Assembly (NCBI GenBank): GCA_043808015.1
Contig: JAZDFI010000029.1
Coordinates: 32,001-96,000, forward strand
DNA: 64,000 nucleotides
From: Candidatus Aenigmatarchaeota archaeon
GTDB taxonomy: Archaea > Aenigmatarchaeota > Aenigmatarchaeia > QMZP01 > QMZT01
Reading direction: 5' to 3'
Position numbers and translations under genes: made by a program. The notes below the pieces were generated by a model. It was not told where the DNA came from, did not search any database, and was given only the letters and a program-made list of their open reading frames with translations. Positions 39,772 to 49,414 of this stretch are shown piece by piece. Positions within the stretch are counted from its first letter, which is position 1. The number at the start of each line of letters is the position of its first letter.

Positions 39772-40187
39772 ACAGGATGAGAAACGGCATAGATAAGATA
39801 GGCATGGCCATGCCGTTGCCGAACGTCAGTCCCAATGCGCTCTCGGGCTTGTCCATAGTTTTCTCCCTGCTATTTGTTTTGATGCTTGGCCAGCCGTTCG
39901 TGGCGCTGGCGCTCTTGGCATGCGTCCTGCTGTTAGACTGGCTGGATGGCATGGTAGCCAGAAAATACAATAAAACGTCAGAAGAGGGGTATTTGATCGA
40001 TGTCGCCAGCGACAGGCTCTCGGAGGCGGTTGTGTTTTTGCCGTTCTTCTTCCCGTGGTTCTTCCTGTTCAGCTTCAATTGCATGTTGGCGCTGCTGGCG
40101 GTTAAAAAAAACAAACACATAATACTCCCGCTGAGGCACGTTTTCCTGGTTTTTTACGCTTTTTTGGCCTTGACGGGCCAGGCCTGA
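39768..40187 (+). CDS. CDP-alcohol phosphatidyltransferase family protein
   Basis: SPN.LS and DWLDGMVAR.....G..ID...DR signature. Confidence 0.88.
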   Translation: MNRMRNGIDKIGMAMPLPNVSPNALSGLSIVFSLLFVLMLGQPFVALALLACVLLLDWLDGMVARKYNKTSEEGYLIDVASDRLSEAVVFLPFFFPWFFLFSFNCMLALLAVKKNKHIILPLRHVFLVFYAFLALTGQA

Positions 40188-40268
40188 CGCCCGCTATATA
40201 TTTAAATACTTTCACGAGTAAGAATAAAGAATCTCGACCGTTTACTGCGTAAGCAGGAGGTTGCAACA

Positions 40269-40904
40269 ATGGAAGAAGAATTTTTAAAAGAAATCAGGGA
40301 AGCCAGGGAAAAATCCAAGAAAAGAAAGTTTTCACAGTCTTGGGATCTAATTATCAACCTCAAGAATCTTGACCTGAAGAAACCCGAAAACAAGCTCAAC
40401 CTTGAGTTCTCGCTGCCTGAGAGCAGGGGCAAGGAAACCAAAGTCCTTTTCATAGTTGACACGCTTCTGCCTGAAGCAAAGAAGACTGACGGCATGGTCA
40501 TAGGAAAGGGCGACCTAGAAAGGCTAGGCAAGGAAAAGAAAATACTGAAAGGCTACGCCGACACGTATGACTGGTGGTTCTGTGAGGCGCCTCTTATGCC
40601 TCTAGTGGGTAAGACGCTTGGCGTCGTGCTCGGTCCCAGAGGCAAAATGCCGAAGCCCATCCCGCCAAAGGGGAGCGTCATGCCGTTTGTCGAACTGGCC
40701 AAGAGGCTTGTGAAGATAAGGGTGAAAGATTCGCCTGTCATACAGGTGCCCGTAGGAACGGAGAACATGAAGGAAGAGCAGGTAATGAAGAACGTTATCG
40801 CTGTCATGAACTTCGTGAAGGAAAAACTACCGAAAGGTAAAATAAACATAAAGGATGCGTACATTAAGCTTACGATGGGTCCGCCCGTGAAGCTCAAGGT
40901 GTAA
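40269..40904 (+). CDS. rpl1: 50S ribosomal protein uL1
   Basis: RKFSQSWDLIINLK, LGPRGKMP, KLTMGP. Confidence 0.97.
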   Translation: MEEEFLKEIREAREKSKKRKFSQSWDLIINLKNLDLKKPENKLNLEFSLPESRGKETKVLFIVDTLLPEAKKTDGMVIGKGDLERLGKEKKILKGYADTYDWWFCEAPLMPLVGKTLGVVLGPRGKMPKPIPPKGSVMPFVELAKRLVKIRVKDSPVIQVPVGTENMKEEQVMKNVIAVMNFVKEKLPKGKINIKDAYIKLTMGPPVKLKV

Positions 40905-40906
40905 AC

Positions 40907-41758
40907 ATGGTATCAGAAAGAAAGAAGCTGGCTGTGGAGCAACTGAAGGCCGACTTTAAAAAATACCCGGTAGTGGGCATAGTAGACATGTATAAACTGC
41001 CCGCAAAACAGCTGCAGGAAATAAAGGACAGCCTTCGCGGCAAAGCCGTCATAAAAATGGCCAAGAAGAGCGTCATAAAGCTCGCCATGGAGGGCGCCGT
41101 AAGCGGCCTGGAGAAGCTCGAGGAAAAAATAAGAAACCAGCCGGCCATACTGCTTAGCGACGTAGACCCTTTCGAGCTCGCAAGGGTTATTGATGCTTCA
41201 AAATCCAGCGCCTCGGCAAAACCGGGCGACATAGCACTCAGGGATATCGTAATCAAAGAAGGCCCGACAAGCCTCAAGCCAGGCCCTGTGATAGGAGAGC
41301 TGCAGAGGGTCAAACTGCCTGCAGGCGTCGACGGCGATAAAATCGTCATAAAGAAAGACGCGGTCATAGTCAAAGAAGGCGAACACATAACAAAACCCGT
41401 CGCCGACGTGCTCATGAAGCTTGGAATCCAGCCAATGGAAATCGCGCTCACGCTCATGGCAGTTTACGACAGGGGCATGATATACGGCAGAGACATACTA
41501 TTCATACCTAGGGAGAAGTATGAAAGCGACCTGATAAACGCTTACAGGTGCGCCTTCAACCTCGCCCTGACCATAGGCCTTCCGACAGAGGCAACGCTTC
41601 CGATATTAATAGGAAAGGCTTGCAGGGAGGCCATGAGCCTTGCTCTCGAAGCGAATATCATGACGAAAGACAACGTTGAAATCATGCTGGCAAAAGCCAA
41701 CGCGCAGATGGTGGCGCTCAAGGACACAGTAGGCGATGTGAGCGCCGTTAATGCTTGA
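40907..41758 (+). CDS. rpl10: 50S ribosomal protein uL10 (P0)
   Basis: LPAKQLQ, AKPGDIA..DI....GPT...PGP. Confidence 0.96.
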   Translation: MVSERKKLAVEQLKADFKKYPVVGIVDMYKLPAKQLQEIKDSLRGKAVIKMAKKSVIKLAMEGAVSGLEKLEEKIRNQPAILLSDVDPFELARVIDASKSSASAKPGDIALRDIVIKEGPTSLKPGPVIGELQRVKLPAGVDGDKIVIKKDAVIVKEGEHITKPVADVLMKLGIQPMEIALTLMAVYDRGMIYGRDILFIPREKYESDLINAYRCAFNLALTIGLPTEATLPILIGKACREAMSLALEANIMTKDNVEIMLAKANAQMVALKDTVGDVSAVNA

Positions 41759-41774
41759 AAGAAGGAGGGATAAC

Positions 41775-42074
41775 ATGGAAATGCTATACGCGGCCTTGCT
41801 TCTTCATTCACTGGGCAAGGAAATAAACGAGGCACACGTAAAAAGAGTGATGGAAGCCGCAGGCGGCAGCGCAGACGAAGCGCAGATAAAGGCTCTTGTA
41901 TCGAATCTGAAGAACGTCAACATAGCAGACGCGATAAAGGGCGCTTCATTCATGCAGGCTGCAGCACCGTCATCCGACAAACCCAAGGAAGAGAAGGCAG
42001 AAAGCAAGAAAGAAGAGAAGCAGGAAGATAAAGCAGAAGAAGCAGCAGCAGGGCTTGGCGCGCTTTTCGGTTAA
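41775..42074 (+). CDS. rpl12: Ribosomal stalk protein P1/aL12
   Basis: MEMLYAALLLH...AAAGLGALFG; SD GGAGG upstream. Confidence 0.96.
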   Translation: MEMLYAALLLHSLGKEINEAHVKRVMEAAGGSADEAQIKALVSNLKNVNIADAIKGASFMQAAAPSSDKPKEEKAESKKEEKQEDKAEEAAAGLGALFG

Positions 42075-42077
42075 GCC

Positions 42078-42101
42078 TTTCACTTTTTTTATTTTGTGAA
42101 A
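42078..42101 (+). terminator. Putative terminator after rpl1-rpl10-rpl12
   Basis: TTTCAC...GTGAAA inverted repeat enclosing a T-rich run just after the stop. Confidence 0.5.
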
Positions 42102-42180
42102 AGCGCGGCCCTTCCTAATTCTAATTAGGCCGGACGTCGGACTATCTAATTTAAAGCAACAGACGGAGAAATAATAAATT

Positions 42181-45015
42181 ATGAAACCGGATAAGGAAAT
42201 CAAAAAGGAGTTCAGGCCCAAATTCTGGGCAGATCCGGACAAATATTATGCGACTTCCGTTCTGAAAGAAGAGGGATTCGCCAGAAAAATCTGCCTCAAA
42301 TGCAAAAAGCCCTTCTGGGCCATCGCTTCCGAGCGTAAGGTGTGCGGCGATCCCGCGTGCAGTGGCGAGGGATTCGCCTTCATAGGCAACACCCCGGCCA
42401 AGCGAAAGCTCGGCTATGTTGACGTCTGGATTGAATTCTCAAAGATGTTCCAGCGTCTGGGCTATACGCCGATAAAGCGTTATCCGGTCGTCGCGAGATG
42501 GAATCCCACCATGGAATACACGAACTCGTCAATCGCCGCGTTCCAGCCTTACGTCATTTCCGGTGAGGTCGAGCCGCCAGCCAACCCGCTGGTCATACCA
42601 CAGTTCTGCCTCAGGTTTAACGACATAGACAACGTGGGCATCACACAATCGCATCACACGGGTTTTGTGATGATTGGCCAGCACATGTTCGTCAAGCCTG
42701 AGAATTGGGACCAGAACAAGGTATTCAGGGATATCTACACTTGGCTGTGCAAAGGCCTTGGCCTCGGCAAAGATGACATAATATTTCACGAGGACGCATG
42801 GGCGGGCGGCGGCAATTTCGGTCCGTGCATGGAGTTTTTCTCGCGTGGCTGCGAGCTTGGCAACCAGGTTTACATGCTATACGAGCAGACGCCTTCCGGC
42901 AATAAAGAGCTCGGCATAAAAGTCCTTGACATGGGCATGGGTCACGAGAGGAATGCATGGTTCTCGCAGGGATGCGAGACGATTTATGACGCAGCATTCC
43001 CTGACGTCGTCAGCAAGCTGATTGTGAAGACGAGAGTCAAAATAGACAAGCATCTCATGAAAAAATACATACCCCACGCCAGCCTGCTCAACATCGACGA
43101 GACTGACGATATCGAAAAGGCGTGGAAGACTGTAGCGGTGAATGTCGGCGTCGATGTCAACGAATTGCGAAATTTCATACTACCGCTGTCAGGCGTATAT
43201 TCAATAGCCGAACACACCAGAACGCTGCTTTTCGCCTTGACGGATGGCGGATTGCCAAGCAACGTGGGAGGCGGATACAACCTGCGCATGCTAGCGCGAC
43301 GAGCGATGGCCTTCAATACAGAATACGGATGGAATATCGACTTGCCAAAGGTCTGCGAATGGCACGCTTCTTACCTTAAACCCATATTTCCCGAGCTTTC
43401 CGAGAACATAGACGACGTTGTGAAAATACTGGAAGTCGAGCGCGTCAAATATGAAAGCACCAGGGTAAATTCAGTCAGAATAGTCGCGGATCTGCTGAAG
43501 AAAGGCGTGGACGAGCGCGAATTGCTCAAGCTCTACGACAGTCAGGGAATCCCTCCAGAAATAATAAAAGAAGAGTTTGAAAAACACGGCAAGAAAATAA
43601 AGATACCCGACGATTTCTACTCCAAGGTTTCCAGTATGCACGAAAAGCAAAAACAAATCGCAGAAACCGGAGCTGGCGAGAAGCTGCCGCTGAGCGGAAT
43701 AGAAGACACGGAAATACTATACTACAACGATTACAGAGTTTCCGAGTTTGACGCTAAAATTGTGAAGATTGTCGGCGACAATGTCATCCTCGACCAGACT
43801 GCTTTCTACCCGACATCCGGTGGGCAGCTGCATGACAAGGGAAAAATAAACGGCAAAAACGTCATTGAAATTTTCAAGCAGGGTGGCGTTATTGTTCATA
43901 AGATGGAGCCGCACCACGGCCTGAAAGCTGGCGAGTCTGTTGTATGTGCGATTGACAAGACGAGACGTCTGAAACTGTCGCAGCAGCATACGGCGACGCA
44001 CATATTGAATGCCGCCGCGCGAGCCATTCTTGGAAAGCACGTCAACCAGGCGGGCGCGAAAAAGACCGAGGATAAGTCTCATCTTGACATAACGCATTAC
44101 CTGCCGATAACCAACGACGAGATAAAGAAGATGGAAGAGCTCGCGAATAGTATGGCTGCCAAAGGCATCGCAATAGAAAAGCTGCTGATACCGCGCAACG
44201 AGGCCGAGAAGAGGTTCGGCATGAGAATATACCAGGGCGGCGCCGTTCCCGGAAAGCTCCTGAGAATCGTGAACGTGCCCGGAATCGACGTGGAGGCATG
44301 CGGCGGGACGCACCTCAACAACACGAGCGAGGTCGGCAGGATAAAGATACTGAAAGTCACGAAAATACAGGACGGCATAGACCGGATAGAGTTCACTGCC
44401 GGTGCAGCTGCAGAAAAAGTCGGTGATATGGAAACCGCAATGCTGAATGACGTCGTTAAAGGCCTGCAGCGCTTCGCCAGTTTTAAACATGACAAAAACC
44501 CGTCCAAAGACCTCAGGGACTGCGCCGACGTTTTTTCTGTTTCAGTCGACCAAGTCGGCAAAACCGTTGAGAAATTTTCGGATGAAATAAACACTTACGG
44601 CAAAAAGCTCGGCAAGAAAATTGCGGTCAAACACGTTAAAGATATCAAAGAAGCGTGCGAACATGTTTTCGAACTGTACAAAACGATGAAAAAGGACTGC
44701 GAAAATTTGGCTAAAGAGAGAGCTGGCTCTGAAATTGAAGCCTTTCTGCTGAAAGCCAAGAGCAACGAAATAATTGAAAGTGTGAACATGGAGAGAAAAG
44801 AGATGATACAGCTTTGCGACTCGCTAGTCTCAAAGCATCCTGAAATCACCGTTATCCTCGTCAACAAACAAGGCGAAGTGGTCGGCGCAAGCGAGCGCAA
44901 GGACATTTCAAAGGAAGTCCGGCGCCTGTGCGAGCGCTGCTGCGGCTCGGGCGGCGGCAAGGGGCGAATGGCGCAGGGCAGGCTCGATATAGCCAAGTTT
45001 GAAAATGAAAAATAA
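42181..45015 (+). CDS. alaS: Alanine-tRNA ligase
   Basis: YPVVARW, W.GGG..GP, DMGMG.ER, editing HTATH and CGGTH, GSGGGKG. Confidence 0.97.
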   Translation: MKPDKEIKKEFRPKFWADPDKYYATSVLKEEGFARKICLKCKKPFWAIASERKVCGDPACSGEGFAFIGNTPAKRKLGYVDVWIEFSKMFQRLGYTPIKRYPVVARWNPTMEYTNSSIAAFQPYVISGEVEPPANPLVIPQFCLRFNDIDNVGITQSHHTGFVMIGQHMFVKPENWDQNKVFRDIYTWLCKGLGLGKDDIIFHEDAWAGGGNFGPCMEFFSRGCELGNQVYMLYEQTPSGNKELGIKVLDMGMGHERNAWFSQGCETIYDAAFPDVVSKLIVKTRVKIDKHLMKKYIPHASLLNIDETDDIEKAWKTVAVNVGVDVNELRNFILPLSGVYSIAEHTRTLLFALTDGGLPSNVGGGYNLRMLARRAMAFNTEYGWNIDLPKVCEWHASYLKPIFPELSENIDDVVKILEVERVKYESTRVNSVRIVADLLKKGVDERELLKLYDSQGIPPEIIKEEFEKHGKKIKIPDDFYSKVSSMHEKQKQIAETGAGEKLPLSGIEDTEILYYNDYRVSEFDAKIVKIVGDNVILDQTAFYPTSGGQLHDKGKINGKNVIEIFKQGGVIVHKMEPHHGLKAGESVVCAIDKTRRLKLSQQHTATHILNAAARAILGKHVNQAGAKKTEDKSHLDITHYLPITNDEIKKMEELANSMAAKGIAIEKLLIPRNEAEKRFGMRIYQGGAVPGKLLRIVNVPGIDVEACGGTHLNNTSEVGRIKILKVTKIQDGIDRIEFTAGAAAEKVGDMETAMLNDVVKGLQRFASFKHDKNPSKDLRDCADVFSVSVDQVGKTVEKFSDEINTYGKKLGKKIAVKHVKDIKEACEHVFELYKTMKKDCENLAKERAGSEIEAFLLKAKSNEIIESVNMERKEMIQLCDSLVSKHPEITVILVNKQGEVVGASERKDISKEVRRLCERCCGSGGGKGRMAQGRLDIAKFENEK

Positions 45016-45036
45016 GATAAAATAAGCGGAAAAAAA

Positions 45037-45483
45037 TTAACCCGTGCAATAGACACTCGCTGACTGGGTTCTGCTGGCCACCACGAAGTCGTAATTGCAT
45101 GTTTTGGCGACGCCTGGCGTTGTGCAACCGGTTATTATGACCTTTCCAAAACCACCAGCCGGTACCGCAGTTAATGTGTCCGAAGCGCATGTTTCATTGA
45201 CCATGCACCAATTAAATGCTGCTGCAGCCACAGGAATTCCGTTTGAAAGAATCGTCACGTCGTTCGTCAGGCTGACGCTCTCCGTTCCCATGTTGTGGAG
45301 TATGATCATTACATTTGTGGCACCACTTGCGCCACTTATGCACTTCTGCGTGGGAATCTCGATGGTCTTTGCCGTGAGCGACGAGAAGAAGTTGCCCATG
45401 TATGTCCATGCCGCGGCTGCCAAACCCACGGTTATCAGCAAAAGTATTATGACGGATATTATTGGCGTTATTCCCTTTTTCAT
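45037..45483 (-). CDS. Archaeal type IV pilin
   Basis: Class III signal MKKG/ITPIISVIILLLITV; SD GGAGG. Confidence 0.88.
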   Translation of the reverse strand: MKKGITPIISVIILLLITVGLAAAAWTYMGNFFSSLTAKTIEIPTQKCISGASGATNVMIILHNMGTESVSLTNDVTILSNGIPVAAAAFNWCMVNETCASDTLTAVPAGGFGKVIITGCTTPGVAKTCNYDFVVASRTQSASVYCTG

Positions 45484-45522
45484 GTTTTACCTCCCTCAAT
45501 ATATTGACGTGTGAACATCGAC

Positions 45523-46026
45523 TCAAACTCTGTATTCAGAGGATGGCGCTCTCATCGGCATGCCTGGCGACGGGGCCGGCGCGTAGAAGCGCTTGAGGCG
45601 CTTTTCGATTATGCCCAGCGTCGTAAGAACGGCCTGGTTGGTTTCGGAATCTTTCTTGTTCTGGTTTATCAGCTCGCTCAGCTTGTCGACAAGCGGTGAC
45701 ATTACTTCCTTTGAGACGTTGGATACTTCCTCTTCTTCCGCGGATATCTTGAGAAGTTTCATGAACTCCCTCATCTCGAGGATGAGATCGTCCATCTTCT
45801 TCGGCAGCTTCGAAACTTCTCCGATGAGGTCGTTGTTGGCCTTTATAGAGCTGTCTATGATCTTCTGGTTTGATTTTATAAGGTCCACTACCTGCTCTAT
45901 GAGCCTGTTGACCTCGGAAGAATAGGAACCTCCCTCCACCTTTTCGATCCTTTTCTCGAGCCTTCTGAGAGGCGATGTTGGTATTATCTCGAATTCGTCA
46001 TCTGAACCGGAACTTTCTGGTGTCAT
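45523..46026 (-). CDS. Hypothetical coiled-coil protein
   Basis: Long heptad-rich helices, Pro-rich tail, TATA-like element upstream. Confidence 0.65.
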   Translation of the reverse strand: MTPESSGSDDEFEIIPTSPLRRLEKRIEKVEGGSYSSEVNRLIEQVVDLIKSNQKIIDSSIKANNDLIGEVSKLPKKMDDLILEMREFMKLLKISAEEEEVSNVSKEVMSPLVDKLSELINQNKKDSETNQAVLTTLGIIEKRLKRFYAPAPSPGMPMRAPSSEYRV

Positions 46027-46102
46027 AATAAATAGTTGGCAGTCTCCATATAAATATTTTCACAGGAAAAAAGGGGGTAGGCCGTTGCCGGCCATTGCTA
46101 TT

Positions 46103-47740
46103 CTAGTAGTCTTCAGGCATGCCGCCTGCGCCTGGCATGGGCGGCATTTTGCCGCCACCGGAACCCGATGATATGATGTCGTCTATTCTCAATATCATTT
46201 CCGCGACTTCGCCGGCGCTCTTTATTGCCTGTATCTTTATTTTAAGCGGCTCTATGACGCCGAGCGCGAGCATGTCGCTGACTTCGCCCGTCATGACGTT
46301 AAGGCCCATCGTAAGCTTGTTCTTGTCGTGCTCAGCCCTGAGCATCGCGAGTTTGTCTATCGGGTCTAGGCCTGCGTTCTCCGCAAGGCTTTTGGGCACG
46401 ACTTCCATCGCGTTCGCGAAGGCGTTTATGGCCAACTGCTCGCGGCCTTTGAATGATTCTGCATATTTCCTGAGTTGCTTGGCCAGCTGAACCTCTATCG
46501 CTCCTCCGCCGGGCACTATCTTGCCGAGCTCGAGCGACGCGGCTATGCCTTTTACGGCGTCTTCCATCGCGCGTTCGACTTCGTCAATCACGTGTTCGCT
46601 GCCGCCGCGGATGAGTATCGTTACGGCTTTCGGGTCCTTGCATTTTTCGACGAATATCATTTCCTCGCCGGCGATTTTCTTTTCCTCAACCATGCCTGCA
46701 AAGCCGATGTCGTTTTTGCCTATGTCCTTGATGCTTGTGATTATCTTCGCTCCGGTCGCCCTGGCCAGTTTGTCCATGTCGGATTTTTTGACCCTGCGGG
46801 CCGCCATAACGCCCGCTTTAGCCAGGTAATGCTGGGCCATGTCGTCTATGCCCTTCTGGCAGAAAACGACGTTCGCCCCTGTTTTTATCACGATGTCTGT
46901 CATATCGCGTATGGTGCGCTCTTCTCCGTCCATGAATGCCTGAAGCTTCTCTGGCGAATCGATGCTTATCTTGGCGTCGCCTTCCAGCTCCTTAACCTCG
47001 AGTGCGGAATCCATGAGCAGTATCTTCGCCTTCTCGAATTTCTTGGGCATTGACGAATGGACAACTTCCTTGTCGAGCACGATGCCGTCGATGAGCTCGG
47101 TGTCCGACATGGAGCCGCCTGATTTTTTCTCGATTTTTATGTTTTCAGTGTCCACCGTGACTTTGCCGTCCTTCGCTTCGGCTATCCTCTTCACGGCCTT
47201 TACCGCGAGCTCGGAAAGCTTGTCTGAAGCGCGCTCGGCGGACTTGCCTGTCATGGCCGTGTTAGCGATGTTTCTCAGCGTCTCTTCGTTCTCGATTGTG
47301 ACGCTCTTGGCGAGCTTCTCGACCAGTTCTAGCGCCTTGGTTTTAGCAAGCCTGTAGCCCTTCGTCACGACTGTCGGGTGTATCTGCTGCTCCAGAAGCT
47401 TTTCTGCCTCAAAAAGGAGTTCGCCCGCGAGTATGACTGCCGTCGTCGTGCCGTCGCCGACTGCTTCGTCCTGCGTTTTCGCGACCTCGACCATCATCTT
47501 CGCTGCGGGATGCTCTATCTGCATCTCTTTGAGTATGGTGGCACCATCGTTGGTTATCGTAATGTCTCCTAGCGAATCGACCAGCATCTTGTCCATGCCT
47601 TTTGGTCCAAGTGTGGTGCGAACCGCGTCAGCGACAAGCTTCGCCGCCGCTATGTTGTTTTTATGGGCTTCCCTGCCCTTCGTCCTGAGCGTTCCTTCAG
47701 GTAATATAAATATCGGCTGAATCGACTGCGCTCCGTTCAT
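46103..47740 (-). CDS. ths: Thermosome (group II chaperonin) subunit
   Basis: [29 protein letters not shown]-rich tail. Confidence 0.98.
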   Translation of the reverse strand: MNGAQSIQPIFILPEGTLRTKGREAHKNNIAAAKLVADAVRTTLGPKGMDKMLVDSLGDITITNDGATILKEMQIEHPAAKMMVEVAKTQDEAVGDGTTTAVILAGELLFEAEKLLEQQIHPTVVTKGYRLAKTKALELVEKLAKSVTIENEETLRNIANTAMTGKSAERASDKLSELAVKAVKRIAEAKDGKVTVDTENIKIEKKSGGSMSDTELIDGIVLDKEVVHSSMPKKFEKAKILLMDSALEVKELEGDAKISIDSPEKLQAFMDGEERTIRDMTDIVIKTGANVVFCQKGIDDMAQHYLAKAGVMAARRVKKSDMDKLARATGAKIITSIKDIGKNDIGFAGMVEEKKIAGEEMIFVEKCKDPKAVTILIRGGSEHVIDEVERAMEDAVKGIAASLELGKIVPGGGAIEVQLAKQLRKYAESFKGREQLAINAFANAMEVVPKSLAENAGLDPIDKLAMLRAEHDKNKLTMGLNVMTGEVSDMLALGVIEPLKIKIQAIKSAGEVAEMILRIDDIISSGSGGGKMPPMPGAGGMPEDY

Positions 47741-47976
47741 AAAATCACCTCATTCCTTCCCTTAAATTCATCATCAATCTATACCGGTTTATAATGAGTC
47801 AAGAGATATACTCTTTAATATAAGGGTTATTTATAAATTTTTCCCTTATACACTGTAACTATAAGTGGCATGCAAGCAATTTAAAAGGCCACCCCAATAT
47901 ACATAAATCGGCAGCTGTTTTGCGTATTTGGCTGTCGTTACGCGTGACACAGGTGTGACCTGTGTCTTTCGAACGC

Positions 47977-48106
47977 GGGCTCATAGCTCAGCTGGTTAGA
48001 GCGCCGGTCTTATAAGACCGTCAGGCGACATGCCTGATAGCTTTGAACCAACACTCATTGGTTATATGAAAGCCGGAGGTCTGGGGTTCGACTCCCCATG
48101 AGCCCA
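47977..48106 (+). tRNA. tRNA-Ile(UAU) with 56-nt intron at 37/38 (48015-48070)
   Basis: GGGCTCA/TGAGCCC acceptor, discriminator A, anticodon stem CCGGT/GCCGG, loop CT-TAT-A|A, T-arm TGGGG-TTCGACT-CCCCA. Confidence 0.85.
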
Positions 48107-48146
48107 TTATTTTAACACTTTTAATGACAATGGCGACTGTATTCTT

Positions 48147-49406
48147 ATGAGAATCGTATCCGATCTTCACATCCATTCGCGCTATTCGAGGGCTACAAGC
48201 AGTGAGATGAACATAAACAACCTCGTCAAATATGCCAGAATCAAAGGCGTCACTCTTCTGGGAACCGGCGATTTCACCCATCCTTCATGGCTGGACGAGA
48301 TAAGAAGTTCGCTTTCGGAAGACGCCAGCGGCATACTGAAGACGAATGACGGCTTCCCTTTCATTCTGAGCGGCGAGATATCGAGCATATACTCGCAAGA
48401 TGGGAAGTTGCACAGAATCCATAACGTCGTGCTCGCGCCGGATCTGGAGACAGCGGAACAGATAAACTCGGCTCTCATGCGCAAAAAAGTCAAGATCGAG
48501 TCCGACGGCAGGCCCATATGCGGAATACCGGCGCCTGACCTGGTCGAAATGTTCAAGGCTATAAACACGAGGATCGAGATAATCCCCGCGCACATATGGA
48601 CGCCGTGGTTCTCGCTGTTCGGCTCCAAATCAGGATTCGATCGCATCGAAGACTGTTTTCATGACCAGACGAAACACATCCATGCGCTTGAGACCGGGTT
48701 GTCTTCGGACCCGGCGATGAACTGGCGGCTATCGCAACTGGACAAATTTTCCATGGTTTCTTTCTCTGACTCGCACTCGTTTTGGCCATGGCGCATTGGA
48801 AGGGAGGCGACGCTTTTCGAGTTGAAAAGCCTGACGTATGATAATCTGTTAAAAGCGCTGCGCACGAAAGAAGGCCTTGTGGAAACGATAGAGGTCGACC
48901 CCTCTTATGGCAAATACCATTTCGACGGCCATCGCGTTTGCAACGTATCATTGGAACCGAGCGAAAGTAAAAAAATGAAAAACGTCTGCCCGGTGTGCAG
49001 GCGCGAGCTTACTATAGGTGTCCTTCACCGTGTGGAGGAGCTGGCAGACAGGGAGCACGGCTTCGTCCCGAAAGGAGCGAAACCCTTCCGCTCGCTTTTG
49101 CCGCTTTCCGAAATAATATCCGCTGCGACCGGCGCTAGCGTCAGTTCTAACAAAGTCTGGGAAGAATACAACAAACTCGTCGCAGCTTTCGGCTCAGAAC
49201 TAAAAGTCCTGCTGGATGCAAGTGATGATCAGCTGAAAGTTTCGACTTCTGAAAGAGTTGCCAATTTGTTGTTATCTGTAAGAAACGGGAAGGTTAAAAT
49301 AAAGCCGGGATATGACGGCGTATACGGCGAGATAGAAAATGCAAAAAAGAGTAAAACTGAAAATGCGCCCTTTAAGAAGCCGCAGAAAACCCTCGGCGAG
49401 TTCTGA
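48147..49406 (+). CDS. Endonuclease Q family protein (PHP plus zinc ribbon)
   Basis: DLHIHSRYSRATS, GTGDFTHP, PAHIWTPW, ETGLSSD, SDSHS, GKYH..GHR.C, CPVC, PGYDGVYG. Confidence 0.92.
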   Translation: MRIVSDLHIHSRYSRATSSEMNINNLVKYARIKGVTLLGTGDFTHPSWLDEIRSSLSEDASGILKTNDGFPFILSGEISSIYSQDGKLHRIHNVVLAPDLETAEQINSALMRKKVKIESDGRPICGIPAPDLVEMFKAINTRIEIIPAHIWTPWFSLFGSKSGFDRIEDCFHDQTKHIHALETGLSSDPAMNWRLSQLDKFSMVSFSDSHSFWPWRIGREATLFELKSLTYDNLLKALRTKEGLVETIEVDPSYGKYHFDGHRVCNVSLEPSESKKMKNVCPVCRRELTIGVLHRVEELADREHGFVPKGAKPFRSLLPLSEIISAATGASVSSNKVWEEYNKLVAAFGSELKVLLDASDDQLKVSTSERVANLLLSVRNGKVKIKPGYDGVYGEIENAKKSKTENAPFKKPQKTLGEF

Positions 49407-49414
49407 TATAAAAT

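Noticed and set aside
48004-48076. Alternative reading as tRNA-Ser(UGA) or a long-variable-arm tRNA
   Set aside because: Mature body has a short AGGTC variable loop and A73, and the 37/38 intron geometry fits UAU best
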